14,859 nucleotides of DNA from an archaeon (GTDB lineage Archaea > Methanobacteriota > Methanobacteria > Methanobacteriales > Methanobacteriaceae), in the NCBI GenBank assembly GCA_024409145.1, contig JAKSUF010000010.1, positions 1 through 14,859 of the forward strand. Direction: 5' to 3'. Below the pieces are notes generated by a model. The model saw only the letters and a program-made list of their open reading frames with translations. It was not told the origin of the DNA and made no database searches. Position numbers and translations under genes: made by a program. Shown piece by piece: positions 1-10,195 of the stretch. Each line of letters opens with the position of its first letter. Position 1 is the stretch's first letter.

Positions 1-554
1 TTATAGTTATCTAAAATATAATCTTTAATATATTTAATAGTATCCTTTATATCATCATTACTTGGTATATTACCTGTACCTATACTCCATATAGGTTCAT
101 ACGCAATAATAATATTCTCAATACCATTTAGATCAGTTAAAGCATCATCTAATTCTTTCTTTAAGAAATCATTAGTTTCATTAGATTGTCTAACTTCCAA
201 ATTTTCACCAATGCACAAGATTGGTGTAATTCCATTATCTAATAACTGTTTTAACTTTCTCTTTACATAAATATCATCATTATAATATTGTCTTCTCTCT
301 GAATGACCAACTATAGCATATTTAACACCTATAGATTTAGCCATAGAAGCGCTAATATCACCCGTATAAGCACCTTTATCCTCAAAACCAATATTTTGTA
401 TTCCAACATTAAAACCTTTGTTAATGAAGTCTTTTAGGTATAAAGATGAAGGACATAAAACTATATTAGAACCATTAAAATCAAAATTATCTATATAATC
501 TATAATTTCATCATTTAAAAGATTCATTTTAAAATTTCCAACTAATAATTTCAT
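1..554 (-). CDS. tpiA: Triosephosphate isomerase, N-terminal 184 codons; the gene runs off the window edge at position 1
   Basis: Minus-strand translation from ATG 554..552 gives MKLLVGNFKMNLL...GHSERR...AYEPIWSIGTGNIPS. These are the TPI signature motifs (GNxKMN, GHSERR, AYEPIWAIGTG). The SD AGGAG sits 4 nt upstream and overlaps the pgk TAG stop. The pgk-tpi adjacency is classic. The ORF is absent from the track only because it is truncated at the window edge. Confidence 0.85.
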   Translation of the reverse strand, partial: MKLLVGNFKMNLLNDEIIDYIDNFDFNGSNIVLCPSSLYLKDFINKGFNVGIQNIGFEDKGAYTGDISASMAKSIGVKYAIVGHSERRQYYNDDIYVKRKLKQLLDNGITPILCIGENLEVRQSNETNDFLKKELDDALTDLNGIENIIIAYEPIWSIGTGNIPSNDDIKDTIKYIKDYILDNY

Positions 555-561
555 AAAACTC

Positions 562-1716
562 CTATTCAGATATAGAACTAATTCCAGGTAAAACTTTACC
601 CTCTAATAACTCAAGTGAAGCTCCTCCACCTGTAGATATATGTGTAACATTATCTTTATATCCTAAGTTAATTACAGCTGAAGCAGAATCTCCACCACCA
701 ACTATAACAGTTTGATCTTTAGTAAATGTCTTACAAATCTCTTCCGTACCAGTTTTATACAAAGGATTTTCAAACATACCTAAAGGTCCATTCCATATAA
801 TAGTTTTACTATTTCTAATTACATCTTTAAATTCTTCAACAGTTTTTGGACCAATATCTAACGCAATATCATCATCATCCATAACATCTTTTACATAACA
901 TTCAGAAGATTCAATATTTTTTGCACATTTATGGTCCTTCGGAATTATTATTCTATCACTTTTTTTCAATAAATCAATACAATAATCGATTTTATCGTCC
1001 TCAACTAGACTTTTTCCTATATTTTCACCCTTAGATTTCAAAAAAGTATAAGCCATTCCACCACCAATTAATAAATTGTCGGCTTTATCAATAAGATTTT
1101 CAATAACTCCAATCTTATCACTAACTTTTGATCCACCTAATATAACAGTAAATGGTCTTTCAGGATTTTCTAGAACTGGCATAATATTATCTAATTCTTT
1201 TTCAACTAAGAAACCAATACCACTAGGTAAATGAGATGCTATACCCACATTACTAGCATGAGCTCTATGTGAAGTACCAAAAGCATCATTTATATATAAA
1301 TCACCTAAACTAGCCCAATAAGCTCCAAGTTCAGGATCATTCTTACTTTCTTTTTCACCATCAAGATCTTCATATCTTGTATTTTGTAATAATACTAAAT
1401 CATTATCATTTAAAGCATTTTCAACTTCTTCACCACGAGTAGCATTTATAAAAGTAACTTTCCTTCCTAATAGTTCCTCTAATCTCTTTGCCACAGGAGA
1501 TAAATCGTTTTTAGCTAAATCACTTTCTTCTTTAACTCTACCTAAATGCGAAAGTAATAAAACTTTTGCTCCCTTTTCTAAAGCATAATTAATAGTCTTT
1601 AATGATTTTTTAATTCTGTTGTCATCTGTAATAACACCATCCTTAATAGGTACATTAAAGTCTACCCTAATTATAACCTTCTTTCCCCCTAAATCATAAT
1701 CATATATCTTCTTCAT
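562..1716 (-). CDS. pgk: Phosphoglycerate kinase; start revised to the second ATG, 384 aa
   Basis: The track ORF is 562..1734. The protein carries the PGK N-terminal signature KKVIIRVDFNVP and aligns over its full length with PGK. The first ATG (1734) has no SD. The second ATG (1716..1714, reading MKKIYDYDLGGKK) is preceded by AGGTGA with a 4-nt spacer. TAG stop at 562-564. Confidence 0.95.
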   Translation of the reverse strand: MKKIYDYDLGGKKVIIRVDFNVPIKDGVITDDNRIKKSLKTINYALEKGAKVLLLSHLGRVKEESDLAKNDLSPVAKRLEELLGRKVTFINATRGEEVENALNDNDLVLLQNTRYEDLDGEKESKNDPELGAYWASLGDLYINDAFGTSHRAHASNVGIASHLPSGIGFLVEKELDNIMPVLENPERPFTVILGGSKVSDKIGVIENLIDKADNLLIGGGMAYTFLKSKGENIGKSLVEDDKIDYCIDLLKKSDRIIIPKDHKCAKNIESSECYVKDVMDDDDIALDIGPKTVEEFKDVIRNSKTIIWNGPLGMFENPLYKTGTEEICKTFTKDQTVIVGGGDSASAVINLGYKDNVTHISTGGGASLELLEGKVLPGISSISE

Positions 1717-1740
1717 AGTATCACCTATTTTCATTATAAC

Positions 1741-1769
1741 ATTATATTTTTGATATATTCGTTTCTTAA
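1741..1769 (-). promoter_or_regulatory. Candidate sigma-A promoter for pgk-tpi (-35 TTAAGA, 17 nt, -10 TATAAT)
   Basis: Minus-strand reading gives TTAAGA (1769..1764), a 17-nt spacer, then a perfect TATAAT (1746..1741) about 25 nt upstream of the revised pgk start. It lies downstream of the rpoC terminator, so pgk needs its own promoter. The -35 is weak (4/6). Confidence 0.35.
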
Positions 1770-1785
1770 CATTAAATATACATTA

Positions 1786-1827
1786 CTTTACACATTAAAT
1801 GTAAAGAACAATGTAAATCTATGTAAA
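1786..1827. promoter_or_regulatory. Candidate operator: 7-bp inverted repeat CTTTACA-N7-TGTAAAG followed by direct repeats of ATGTAAA (3 copies, 10-12 bp phasing)
   Basis: Plus strand reads CTTTACAcattaaaTGTAAAGaacaATGTAAAtctATGTAAAca. ATGTAAA sits at 1799-1805, 1811-1817 and 1821-1827, and its inverted copy at 1786-1792. Helical-turn spacing and dyad symmetry are typical of a transcription-factor binding array. The array lies between the rpoC terminator and the pgk promoter. Confidence 0.3.
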
Positions 1828-1854
1828 CAAAAAAGAAGAGTTTCCTCTTCTTTT
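1826..1854 (-). terminator. Rho-independent terminator immediately after rpoC
   Basis: Minus strand: GAAGAG (1850..1845), loop GAAA, CTCTTC (1840..1835), then TTTTTTGTTT. A 6-bp GC-containing stem is followed by a T-run and begins 2 nt after the rpoC TAA. An A-run on the other side makes it potentially bidirectional. Confidence 0.65.
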
Positions 1855-1855
1855 A

Positions 1856-4800
1856 TTACATTACTGTTTTTTCTAATGCATCAATAGGTTCATCTTCAGC
1901 GAATTGGTTAGCTAAATCATAATCAACTTTTTGATATGCTTTAATACCAGTTCCAGCAGGAATTAACTTACCAACGATAACGTTTTCTTTTAATCCTTGT
2001 AGCTTATCTACTTTTCCACGGATAGCAGCATCAGTTAAGATACGTGTTGTTTCTTGGAATGAAGCAGCAGATAAGAATGAATCTGTAGCTAATGAAGCTT
2101 TAGTAATACCAAATAATACTGGTCTACCTGTAGCAGGTTTCTTACCATTTAAGATAGCATCTTTATTACCATCAGAGAATTCATGGTAGTTAATTAATGA
2201 TCCAGGTAATAATTCTGTATCACCAGCATCAATAACTTTAATCTTATCAATCATTCTTCCAGCAATAATTTCAACGTGTTTATCAGAAATTTCAACACCT
2301 TGGCTACGATAAGCATTTTGTACTTCTTTCAATACATATTCTTGAGTAGTTAATGGGTCAGTAACAGTTAATAATTCCTTAGGACTAATAGCACCTTCAG
2401 TTAACTTATCACCTGGATTAACTTTATCACCCTTTTGAACACGTAATTTAGCTTGATATTTAGTAGTATGAACTTTAGTTTCTACATCGTTCTTAATACT
2501 AATATGGAATTTACCTTTATCTTCAACAATGTCAACAACTTCACCTGAGATTTCAGCAATAGTAGCTTGTCCTTTTGGTTTACGAGCTTCGAATAATTCT
2601 TGTACACGAGGAAGACCTTGTGTAATATCTTCTTCACCGGCAACACCACCAGTATGGAATGTTCTCATTGTTAATTGTGTTCCTGGTTCACCAATTGATT
2701 GAGCAGCCATAACACCGATTGCTTCTCCAACTTCAACAATATTACCAGTAGCTAAGTTACGTCCATAACATTTGCAGCATACACCATTATGTGTATTACA
2801 TGTTAATGTAGAACGAATTTCAACTTCTTCAATTCCAGCATCAACAATCTTTTCAGCTATTGAATCTGTAATTAATTCATTTCTTTCTACTAATACTTTT
2901 CCTGTTTTTGGACTAACAATCTTTTGATTAGAAAATCTTCCAACAATACGATCATATAATTTTTCAATTACAGAACCGTTTTTATCATTTATAAATGCAT
3001 GTACTTTAACACCTAAGTCAGTACCGCAATCATCTTCTTTAACAATAATATCTTGAGATACATCTACTAAACGTCTTGTTAAGTAACCTGAATCGGCTGT
3101 CTTTAAGGCAGTATCAGCTAAACCTTTACGAGTACCGTGAGTAGATAAGAAGAATTCAGAAACTGATAATCCTTCAACGAAGTTAGATGTTACTGGGATT
3201 TCTACTGGTTCACCATTTGGTTTAGCCATCAATCCACGCATACCAGCTAATTGTGTGAAGTTAGAAATATTACCACGAGCTTTAGAGTTCATCATCATGA
3301 AGATTGGGTTAGTTAAGTTTGTCTTAGCATATTCTTCAAGTTCTTTTTGAACTTCGTTCTTAGCATTATTCCATGTTTCAATTACTTTCTTGTATCTTTC
3401 TTCATCAGTAATTAAACCTCTATGATATTGTTTATTGATAGTATCAACAACTTTTTGACTATTTTCAATAATTCCAGCTTTATTTTTACTTGTAACAACA
3501 TCAGCAGCAGATACTGTTAAACCAGCGATTGTAGAATATTTGAATCCTAAATCTTTTAATCTATCTAGCATCATACTTGTTTCAGTTGTTTTATAACGCT
3601 TGAATGTTTGAGCAATAATCATTTCTAATGTTCCTTTAGCAAATGGTTTAACAATTTCCATTTCTTTAATAGCTTCAGGAATATTTGTTCCTCTTTCAAG
3701 GAAATATTTATTTGGAGTCATAGTTGTAATATTAGCTTCTGATGGTTCATTTAAATATGGGAATGAATCTGGTAAGATTTCATTGAATATTAATTTACCA
3801 GCAGTAGTTACTAAATATTTATCCTTTTGATCTTCAATAAATAATTTATGTTTGAATGAATTTACAGGTAAAGCAATCTTTGTATGAAGTGTGATTTCTC
3901 TTCTTTCATAAGCCATAATTGCTTCGTTAGAGTTTTTGAATACTCTACCTTCACCTGGTTCACCTAATTTTTCCATAGTAATGTAGTAGTTACCTAATAC
4001 CATATCTTGTGATGGAGTAACGATTGGGCTTCCATCCTTTGGATGTAGGATATTATTAGCACCTAACATTAATAATCTAGCTTCAGCAATAGCATCTTCT
4101 GATAATGGAACGTGAACAGCCATTTGGTCACCATCGAAGTCGGCATTGAATGCTGTACATACTAATGGGTGAAGTCTAATAGCTTTACCACCAATTAACT
4201 TAGGTTCAAATGCTTGAATACCTAATCTATGTAGTGTAGGAGCACGGTTTAATAATACTGGATGTTCTTTAATAACATCTTCAACAATATCCCAAACTTG
4301 TGGATCCTTATTTTCAATCATTCTCTTAGCAGCTTTAATATTGCTACAAATAGGTTCTTTTCCATCTTTACGTTTAGTAGTTAAATCATGAATAACATGT
4401 GGTTTGAATAACTCTAAAGCCATATCTTTTGGAATACCGCATTGGTACATTTTTAAATCTGGTCCAACAACGATAACTGAACGTCCTGAATAGTCAACAC
4501 GTTTTCCTAATAAGTTTTGACGGAAACGACCTTGTTTACCTTTTAACATACTAGATAAAGATTTTAAAGCTCTTTGTCCAGCACCAGTTACTGCTCTTCC
4601 TCTACGTCCGTTATCAAATAAAGCATCAACAGCTTCTTGTAACATACGTTTTTCATTTTGAATAATGATTTGAGGAGCATTTAACTCAATTAATCTCTTT
4701 AAACGGTTATTACGGTTAATAACACGTCTGTATAAATCATTTAAGTCAGATGTAGCAAATCTACCACCATCTAATTGGATCATTGGTCTTAAATCTGGTG

Positions 4801-5503
4801 GAATAACTGGGATACAATCCATAATCATCCATTCAGGTTTATTATCAGATGTGTAGAATGCATTTAATACATCTAATCTCTTTAATAATCTATCACGTTT
4901 TTGTCCTTGAGCACCTTCAAGTTCTTCTTTAATTTCTTTAATGTCTTTTTCAAGATCTACATTTTTAAGTAATTCCTTGATTGCTTCAGCACCCATTCCT
5001 ACTTTAAAATCATTACCATATTTTTCATAATATGTACGATAATCTTTTTCAGAAAGAGTTTGTTTATTTTCTAGAGGAGTATTTCCTTTGTCAATTACAA
5101 CGTAACTAACAAAGTATAATACTTCTTCTAGATCTCTTGGAGACATATCTAGAACTAATCCCATTCTAGATGGAACACCTTTAAAGTACCAAATATGTGA
5201 TACAGGTGAAGCTAATTCAATATGTCCCATTCTTTCACGTCTTACTTTAGATCTAGTAACTTCAACACCACATCTATCGCAAACTACGTTTTTATATCTT
5301 ACTCTTTTATATTTACCACAAGCACATTCAAAGTCCTTAGTTGGTCCAAATATTTTTTCACAGAATAATCCATCTCTCTCAGGTCTTAGTGTTCTATAGT
5401 TAATTGTTTCTGAACGTTTAACTTCACCATAACTCCAAGAACGAATCTTTTCTGGAGATGCAATTCCTATTTTTAAAGCGTCAAACTTATTTACTTCTAT
5501 CAT
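1856..5503 (-). CDS. rpoC: DNA-directed RNA polymerase subunit beta' (1215 aa)
   Basis: N-terminal Zn finger CxCGKYx..CDRCG. Catalytic [14 protein letters not shown] motif. C-terminal Zn site [13 protein letters not shown]. Length and collinearity are typical of Firmicute beta'. The ATG overlaps the rpoB stop (TAATG). The SD GGAGG is encoded by the last rpoB codons. Confidence 0.97.
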   Translation of the reverse strand: MIEVNKFDALKIGIASPEKIRSWSYGEVKRSETINYRTLRPERDGLFCEKIFGPTKDFECACGKYKRVRYKNVVCDRCGVEVTRSKVRRERMGHIELASPVSHIWYFKGVPSRMGLVLDMSPRDLEEVLYFVSYVVIDKGNTPLENKQTLSEKDYRTYYEKYGNDFKVGMGAEAIKELLKNVDLEKDIKEIKEELEGAQGQKRDRLLKRLDVLNAFYTSDNKPEWMIMDCIPVIPPDLRPMIQLDGGRFATSDLNDLYRRVINRNNRLKRLIELNAPQIIIQNEKRMLQEAVDALFDNGRRGRAVTGAGQRALKSLSSMLKGKQGRFRQNLLGKRVDYSGRSVIVVGPDLKMYQCGIPKDMALELFKPHVIHDLTTKRKDGKEPICSNIKAAKRMIENKDPQVWDIVEDVIKEHPVLLNRAPTLHRLGIQAFEPKLIGGKAIRLHPLVCTAFNADFDGDQMAVHVPLSEDAIAEARLLMLGANNILHPKDGSPIVTPSQDMVLGNYYITMEKLGEPGEGRVFKNSNEAIMAYERREITLHTKIALPVNSFKHKLFIEDQKDKYLVTTAGKLIFNEILPDSFPYLNEPSEANITTMTPNKYFLERGTNIPEAIKEMEIVKPFAKGTLEMIIAQTFKRYKTTETSMMLDRLKDLGFKYSTIAGLTVSAADVVTSKNKAGIIENSQKVVDTINKQYHRGLITDEERYKKVIETWNNAKNEVQKELEEYAKTNLTNPIFMMMNSKARGNISNFTQLAGMRGLMAKPNGEPVEIPVTSNFVEGLSVSEFFLSTHGTRKGLADTALKTADSGYLTRRLVDVSQDIIVKEDDCGTDLGVKVHAFINDKNGSVIEKLYDRIVGRFSNQKIVSPKTGKVLVERNELITDSIAEKIVDAGIEEVEIRSTLTCNTHNGVCCKCYGRNLATGNIVEVGEAIGVMAAQSIGEPGTQLTMRTFHTGGVAGEEDITQGLPRVQELFEARKPKGQATIAEISGEVVDIVEDKGKFHISIKNDVETKVHTTKYQAKLRVQKGDKVNPGDKLTEGAISPKELLTVTDPLTTQEYVLKEVQNAYRSQGVEISDKHVEIIAGRMIDKIKVIDAGDTELLPGSLINYHEFSDGNKDAILNGKKPATGRPVLFGITKASLATDSFLSAASFQETTRILTDAAIRGKVDKLQGLKENVIVGKLIPAGTGIKAYQKVDYDLANQFAEDEPIDALEKTVM

Positions 5504-8500
5504 TAGAAATTACCTCCTTCTTCAATATCAATATCTTCATCATCTAATTCATCAAGATCATTATCTTCAAATTCGTCTTCATCGTCTTCTTCCCAATCAG
5601 AATCTTCTTCATCTTCAGCAATTGGTGGAAGAGGTGTAGTTTCATCTAATCCTAAATTTAGATCTTCTTTATCTTCTTCTTCTTCAATTTGTTTTAAGTC
5701 GAATTCTTCTCCGTCGTCATTTTGGATCTTTAAGTCTAAGCCTAAAGCTTGTAATTCTTTCATTAATACTCTAAATGATTCAGGAACACCTGCTCTATTA
5801 ACATCTTGACCCTTAATAATTGATTCATATACTTTTACACGACCAACAACATCATCTGATTTAACAGTTAAGATTTCTTGTAATACATGAGAAGCACCAT
5901 AAGCATATAATGCCCAAACTTCCATTTCACCAAATCTTTGACCACCAAATTGAGCTTTTCCTCCTAGAGGTTGTTGTGTAACTAATGAATAAGGTCCAGT
6001 TGAACGAGCATGTAATTTATCATCAACCATGTGGTGTAATTTAATCATATACATAACACCAACTGATACTCTATTTTCGAATGGTTCACCAGTACGTCCA
6101 TTATATAATACTGTCTTACCATCAGCTTCCATTCCTGCTTCTTTCATCATAGCAGCAATATCTTCAGATGAAGCACCATCAAATACTGGAGTAGCAACAT
6201 GAACGCCTAATTTCTTAGCAGCCATACCTAAGTGTAATTCCAAAATTTGTCCTATGTTCATACGAGAAGGAACACCCATTGGATTTAACATGATATCAAC
6301 TGGTCTACCATCAGGCATGTATGGCATATCTTCTTGAGGTAAAATCAATGAAATAACACCTTTGTTACCATGACGTCCTGACATCTTATCACCAACTTGA
6401 ATCTTACGTTTTTGAACTATATAAATTCTAATAACCTTAGATACACCTGTAGGTAATTCATCATTGTCTTTTCTTGAATATATCTTAACATCGTGAACAA
6501 TACCATCACCACCGTGTGGAACACGTAATGAAGTATCACGAACTTCTCTTGTTTTTTCTCCAAAGATAGCATGTAATAATTTTTCTTCTGAAGTTAATTC
6601 AGCCATACCTTTTGGTGTAACTTTACCAACTAAGATATCTCCTTCTTTAACTTCTGTACCGATCATTACAATACCATTTTCATCTAAGTTCTTACGAGCT
6701 TCTTCAGAAACATTTGGAATATCTCTTGTAATTTCTTCAGGTCCTAACTTAGTATCACGACATTGCATTTGATAATCTTCTAAGTGTAATGAAGTATATG
6801 CATCATCTTTAACTAAATTTTCATTTAAGATAACAGCATCCTCATAGTTATATCCATTAAATGTCATGAATGCAACAGTTAAGTTCTTACCTAATGCTAA
6901 TTCACCTTTATCTGTAGATGGACCATCAGCAATAACTTGTCCACGTTTTACAGAATCACCAACTCTAACAATTGGTCTATGATGTTGGCAAGTACCAGCA
7001 TTTGATAATTCGAAATTACATAAATTATATGTATCTTTTCCTCCAACATTTGCAATAACAATCTTACGTGCATCAACATAGTCAACAACACCATCAGATT
7101 TACTAGTTATTACAGCACCAGAGTCTTTAGCAGCAACACATTCAACACCAGTACCAATGAATGGAGCTTCAGCTCTTAATAATGGTACAGATTGACGTTG
7201 CATGTTAGCACCCATTGATGCACGAGTAGCATCATCATGTTCTAGGAATGGGATACAACTTGTTGTAACAGCAACAACTTGTTGTGGTGAAACATCAACA
7301 TAATCAACTTGATTAGCTTTTGCAATAATATTTTCACCTTTATAACGACAATTTACTAATTCTGGAACGATAACATCTTTATCATCAGTTTCAATAGTAG
7401 CTTGTGAAATATAATAATCTTCTTCTTCATCAGCAGTTAAGTATTCAACATCATCTGTTAACTTACGATCAACTACTTTTCTATATGGAGTCATAACGAA
7501 ACCATATTCATCAACTTTAGCATAAGAAGCTAAAGATGTAATTAAACCTATATTTTGACCTTCTGGTGACTCAATAGGACAAATTCTACCATAGTGAGAT
7601 GCATTAACATCACGTACATCTACACCAGCTCTATCTCTAGATAATCCACCTGGACCTAAAGCTGATAAACGACGTTTATTAGTTAATTCTGCTAATGGGT
7701 TAGTTTGATCCATGAATTGTGATAATTGAGATGAACCAAAGAATTCTTTCATAGCAGCAGTAACTGGTCTAATATTAATTAATGTCTTAGGAGTAACTTC
7801 ATCCATTTCTTGAGTAGTCATTCTTTCACGAATAACTCTTTCCATACGAGCAACACCAATTCTAAATTGATTTTGTAATAATTCACCAACTTGACGAATT
7901 CTTCTGTTACCTAAATGGTCAATTTCATCAATATTTCCAACACCATGTAATAAGTTTAGATAATAACTTACTGAAGCATAGAAATCAGAAATAGTTAATC
8001 TCTTAACATCTATATTATAATCATTACCAATAACTAGTAATTTTTCTTTCTTATTTTCTGGATTGTAAATCTTAACTGTTTGAACTTTTCCATAAATATC
8101 TAATTCTTCATTAATCTTTACATTCTCTAAATTATATCCTTCATTAAAGATTTTCTTTAAGTCTTCTAAAATTTCTTTAGTAACAACTGTATCTTTAGGA
8201 TATTTTACTTCTTTATTAACTTTAATATCTTCAGCTAAAGTTTGTCCTAATAATCTATCACAAACATTTAACTTTCTATTAAATTTATAACGACCTACTT
8301 TAGCTAAATCATAACGGAATTCATCAAAGAATCTTGTAATTAATTGGTTCTTAGATGAATCTAGTGTACTAGGTTCTCCTGGTCTTAATTTTTCATAAAT
8401 TTCAATTAAAGCTTCATCTGTATTTCTAGTAGAATCTTTAGCAATAGTATTTTCTAGATATACATCTTTACCAAATACTTCATAGATTTCTTCATCACTA

Positions 8501-9105
8501 GATAAACCAAATGCTCTTAATAATGTAGTTAATGTAACTTTTCTATTTCTATCAATTCTTACATATAATACATCTCTAGCATCTGTTTCGAATTCCAACC
8601 AAGTTCCACGAGTTGGAATAATTTGAGAAGTGATAACATTTCTTCCATTTTTATCTATTTCACGATTAAAATAGACACTTGGACTTCTTACCAACTGACT
8701 TACTATAACACGCTCAGCGCCATTAATAATAAATGTTCCACTTTCTGTCATTACTGGTAAGTCACCCATGAAAATTTCTTGTTCTTTAACTTCACCAGTT
8801 TCATGATTATATAGTCTTACATCGACCTTTAAAGGAGCAGAAAATGTTGATTCTCTATCTTTAGCTTCTTTAATAGAATAACGAGGTTCATCAAAATGAT
8901 AATCTCCTACTTCTAAAGATAAAGTACCAGAAAAATTCTCTACTGGGAATAAATCATCGAATACTTCTTTAATTCCTGTATCAACGAACCATTGATAACT
9001 CTTTTTTTGAATTTCAAGCAAATCTTTCAATTCATAAGTCTTTCTAATTCTTGAGAAAGATCTTCTTTTGCGGTAATCACCACAATTAACAAGCTTATAA
9101 GCCAT
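5503..9105 (-). CDS. rpoB: DNA-directed RNA polymerase subunit beta; start revised to the second ATG, 1200 aa
   Basis: The track ORF is 5503..9123. The sequence is unmistakably RpoB (..RKRRSFSRI.., ..[13 protein letters not shown].., ..GHGNKGV..). The first ATG lacks an SD. The ATG at 9105..9103 ([17 protein letters not shown], the canonical RpoB N-terminus) is preceded by GGGGTGA plus a 4-nt spacer. A ~70-aa acidic extension follows the conserved ..[21 protein letters not shown] end. Confidence 0.96.
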   Translation of the reverse strand: MAYKLVNCGDYRKRRSFSRIRKTYELKDLLEIQKKSYQWFVDTGIKEVFDDLFPVENFSGTLSLEVGDYHFDEPRYSIKEAKDRESTFSAPLKVDVRLYNHETGEVKEQEIFMGDLPVMTESGTFIINGAERVIVSQLVRSPSVYFNREIDKNGRNVITSQIIPTRGTWLEFETDARDVLYVRIDRNRKVTLTTLLRAFGLSSDEEIYEVFGKDVYLENTIAKDSTRNTDEALIEIYEKLRPGEPSTLDSSKNQLITRFFDEFRYDLAKVGRYKFNRKLNVCDRLLGQTLAEDIKVNKEVKYPKDTVVTKEILEDLKKIFNEGYNLENVKINEELDIYGKVQTVKIYNPENKKEKLLVIGNDYNIDVKRLTISDFYASVSYYLNLLHGVGNIDEIDHLGNRRIRQVGELLQNQFRIGVARMERVIRERMTTQEMDEVTPKTLINIRPVTAAMKEFFGSSQLSQFMDQTNPLAELTNKRRLSALGPGGLSRDRAGVDVRDVNASHYGRICPIESPEGQNIGLITSLASYAKVDEYGFVMTPYRKVVDRKLTDDVEYLTADEEEDYYISQATIETDDKDVIVPELVNCRYKGENIIAKANQVDYVDVSPQQVVAVTTSCIPFLEHDDATRASMGANMQRQSVPLLRAEAPFIGTGVECVAAKDSGAVITSKSDGVVDYVDARKIVIANVGGKDTYNLCNFELSNAGTCQHHRPIVRVGDSVKRGQVIADGPSTDKGELALGKNLTVAFMTFNGYNYEDAVILNENLVKDDAYTSLHLEDYQMQCRDTKLGPEEITRDIPNVSEEARKNLDENGIVMIGTEVKEGDILVGKVTPKGMAELTSEEKLLHAIFGEKTREVRDTSLRVPHGGDGIVHDVKIYSRKDNDELPTGVSKVIRIYIVQKRKIQVGDKMSGRHGNKGVISLILPQEDMPYMPDGRPVDIMLNPMGVPSRMNIGQILELHLGMAAKKLGVHVATPVFDGASSEDIAAMMKEAGMEADGKTVLYNGRTGEPFENRVSVGVMYMIKLHHMVDDKLHARSTGPYSLVTQQPLGGKAQFGGQRFGEMEVWALYAYGASHVLQEILTVKSDDVVGRVKVYESIIKGQDVNRAGVPESFRVLMKELQALGLDLKIQNDDGEEFDLKQIEEEEDKEDLNLGLDETTPLPPIAEDEEDSDWEEDDEDEFEDNDLDELDDEDIDIEEGGNF

Positions 9106-9174
9106 AAATTCACCCCAATACACAATAATAATTTTAACTATCGTTTTAATTTGTCTAAAACGTTGCCAATTTAT

Positions 9175-9204
9175 ATTATTAGCACAAATTTTTTATCAAG
9201 TCAA
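9175..9204 (-). promoter_or_regulatory. Candidate sigma-A promoter for rpoBC (-35 TTGACT, 18 nt, -10 AATAAT)
   Basis: Minus strand: TTGACT (9204..9199), directly after the methyltransferase TAA, then an 18-nt spacer and AATAAT (9180..9175). This leaves a ~65-nt leader to the rpoB start. The -10 assignment is ambiguous in an A/T-rich context. Confidence 0.4.
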
Positions 9205-9206
9205 TA

Positions 9207-9785
9207 TTATTTCAAAGAAATAATGAAAAAACCTTTTTCCTTATCAATTAACTCAACTTTATAGTATTTTTCCATGTCTCTCATTAAAGATTTAGCACCT
9301 TGTTTTTCTCTTACAACGATTATCATTTCACCGTCTTCTTTAAGGTGATCTTTTGAGTTAATAAGTAACTCATATAATTTCTCTTTTCCAACTCTAATTG
9401 GTGGATTAGAAAAAATATAATCATACTTTTCATCTAACAATTCAAATCCATCAGAAACAAGTGCATTAACATTAAACTTATTTTCTTTTGAATTCATTTT
9501 AGTTAAATGAATAGCTCTCCTATTAACATCAACCATGGTAGTATCTACATTAAAAATTTTGCCAACTATTATACCAATCGGACCATATCCACATCCTAAA
9601 TCTAGAATGTTTCCTTTAATATTTTTCTTAAGAATATTTTTAATTAATAAGTAAGTTCCAAAATCTAATTCAGCTTTACTAAATACACCATTATCTGTAT
9701 TAAAAGAAAACATATATCCGTTAAAACCAACATTAAATTTAACAATCTTACTCTCTAAATTTTCATTTGTAAAATAATGTCCCAT
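9207..9785 (-). CDS. Class I SAM-dependent methyltransferase, MTS/RsmC-like 'small methyltransferase' domain (YbxB-like), 192 aa
   Basis: Motif I ILDLGCGYGPIGI and motif IV IFSNPPIR. N-terminal HYFTNEN...FNTDNGVFSKAELDFGT is typical of the MTS domain. A ybxB methyltransferase immediately upstream of rpoB is conserved in Bacillus-type genomes. The start is moved from the track ATG (9848) to ATG 9785..9783 (MGHYFTNEN), which is preceded by GGAGG. The upstream 21 codons are a terminator hairpin with no SD. Confidence 0.85.
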   Translation of the reverse strand: MGHYFTNENLESKIVKFNVGFNGYMFSFNTDNGVFSKAELDFGTYLLIKNILKKNIKGNILDLGCGYGPIGIIVGKIFNVDTTMVDVNRRAIHLTKMNSKENKFNVNALVSDGFELLDEKYDYIFSNPPIRVGKEKLYELLINSKDHLKEDGEMIIVVREKQGAKSLMRDMEKYYKVELIDKEKGFFIISLK

Positions 9786-9793
9786 ATTCCTCC

Positions 9794-9845
9794 AAAAAAA
9801 ATAAAAGGAGTAACTACTTTGAAAACAAAATATAGTTACTCCTTT
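9794..9845 (-). terminator. Strong rho-independent terminator ending the three-gene operon; it abuts the methyltransferase SD
   Basis: Minus strand: AAAGGAGTAACTA (9845..9833), a 16-nt loop, TAGTTACTCCTTT (9816..9804), a 10-bp perfect core extendable to 13 bp. This is followed by TATTTTTTTT (9803..9794), then immediately GGAGG (9793..9789) and ATG 9785. Confidence 0.8.
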
Positions 9846-9894
9846 CATAATTTACTTATTCTATACTCAAACTATCTAAATTTCAAGTATTTTA

Positions 9895-10194
9895 TTAAAA
9901 TTCTATTAAATCCAATGTATTAACATCATAATTTAATGATTTAACTATTGAATCTATTTCATATTCTTCAAATACTCTTTCTAATTCAGCTCTAGTTCTA
10001 AAGAATATACCAATTTGATTAATAAATAAATCTCTCAAAGTATCTAATGTAATTCCTAATTCTAATAAGTATTCTACAATACTAATAACATTTCTTTTAT
10101 TAAGAACAATATTATTAATTACATTAGTACAATTATTATTTACTATTTCATCAACTTCGTCTTTTTTTAAATTATATTGTAACAAGAATTCCAT
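9895..10194 (-). CDS. Hypothetical small acidic protein (99 aa), third gene of the coupled operon
   Basis: Intact ORF. Its ATG lies 1 nt after the TAA of the upstream 746-aa gene (TAAtATG). The SD GGAGG is encoded by the upstream gene's terminal Gly-Gly-Lys codons, with an 8-nt spacer. No motif recognised and no TM segment. Confidence 0.6.
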   Translation of the reverse strand: MEFLLQYNLKKDEVDEIVNNNCTNVINNIVLNKRNVISIVEYLLELGITLDTLRDLFINQIGIFFRTRAELERVFEEYEIDSIVKSLNYDVNTLDLIEF

Positions 10195-10195
10195 A

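Noticed and set aside
9786-9848. N-terminal 21 codons of the methyltransferase ORF (MKGVTIFCFQSSYSFYFFWRN)
   Set aside because: The DNA here is a perfect 10-13 bp inverted repeat plus a T9 run, i.e. an intrinsic terminator. There is no SD before ATG 9848, whereas GGAGG precedes ATG 9785.
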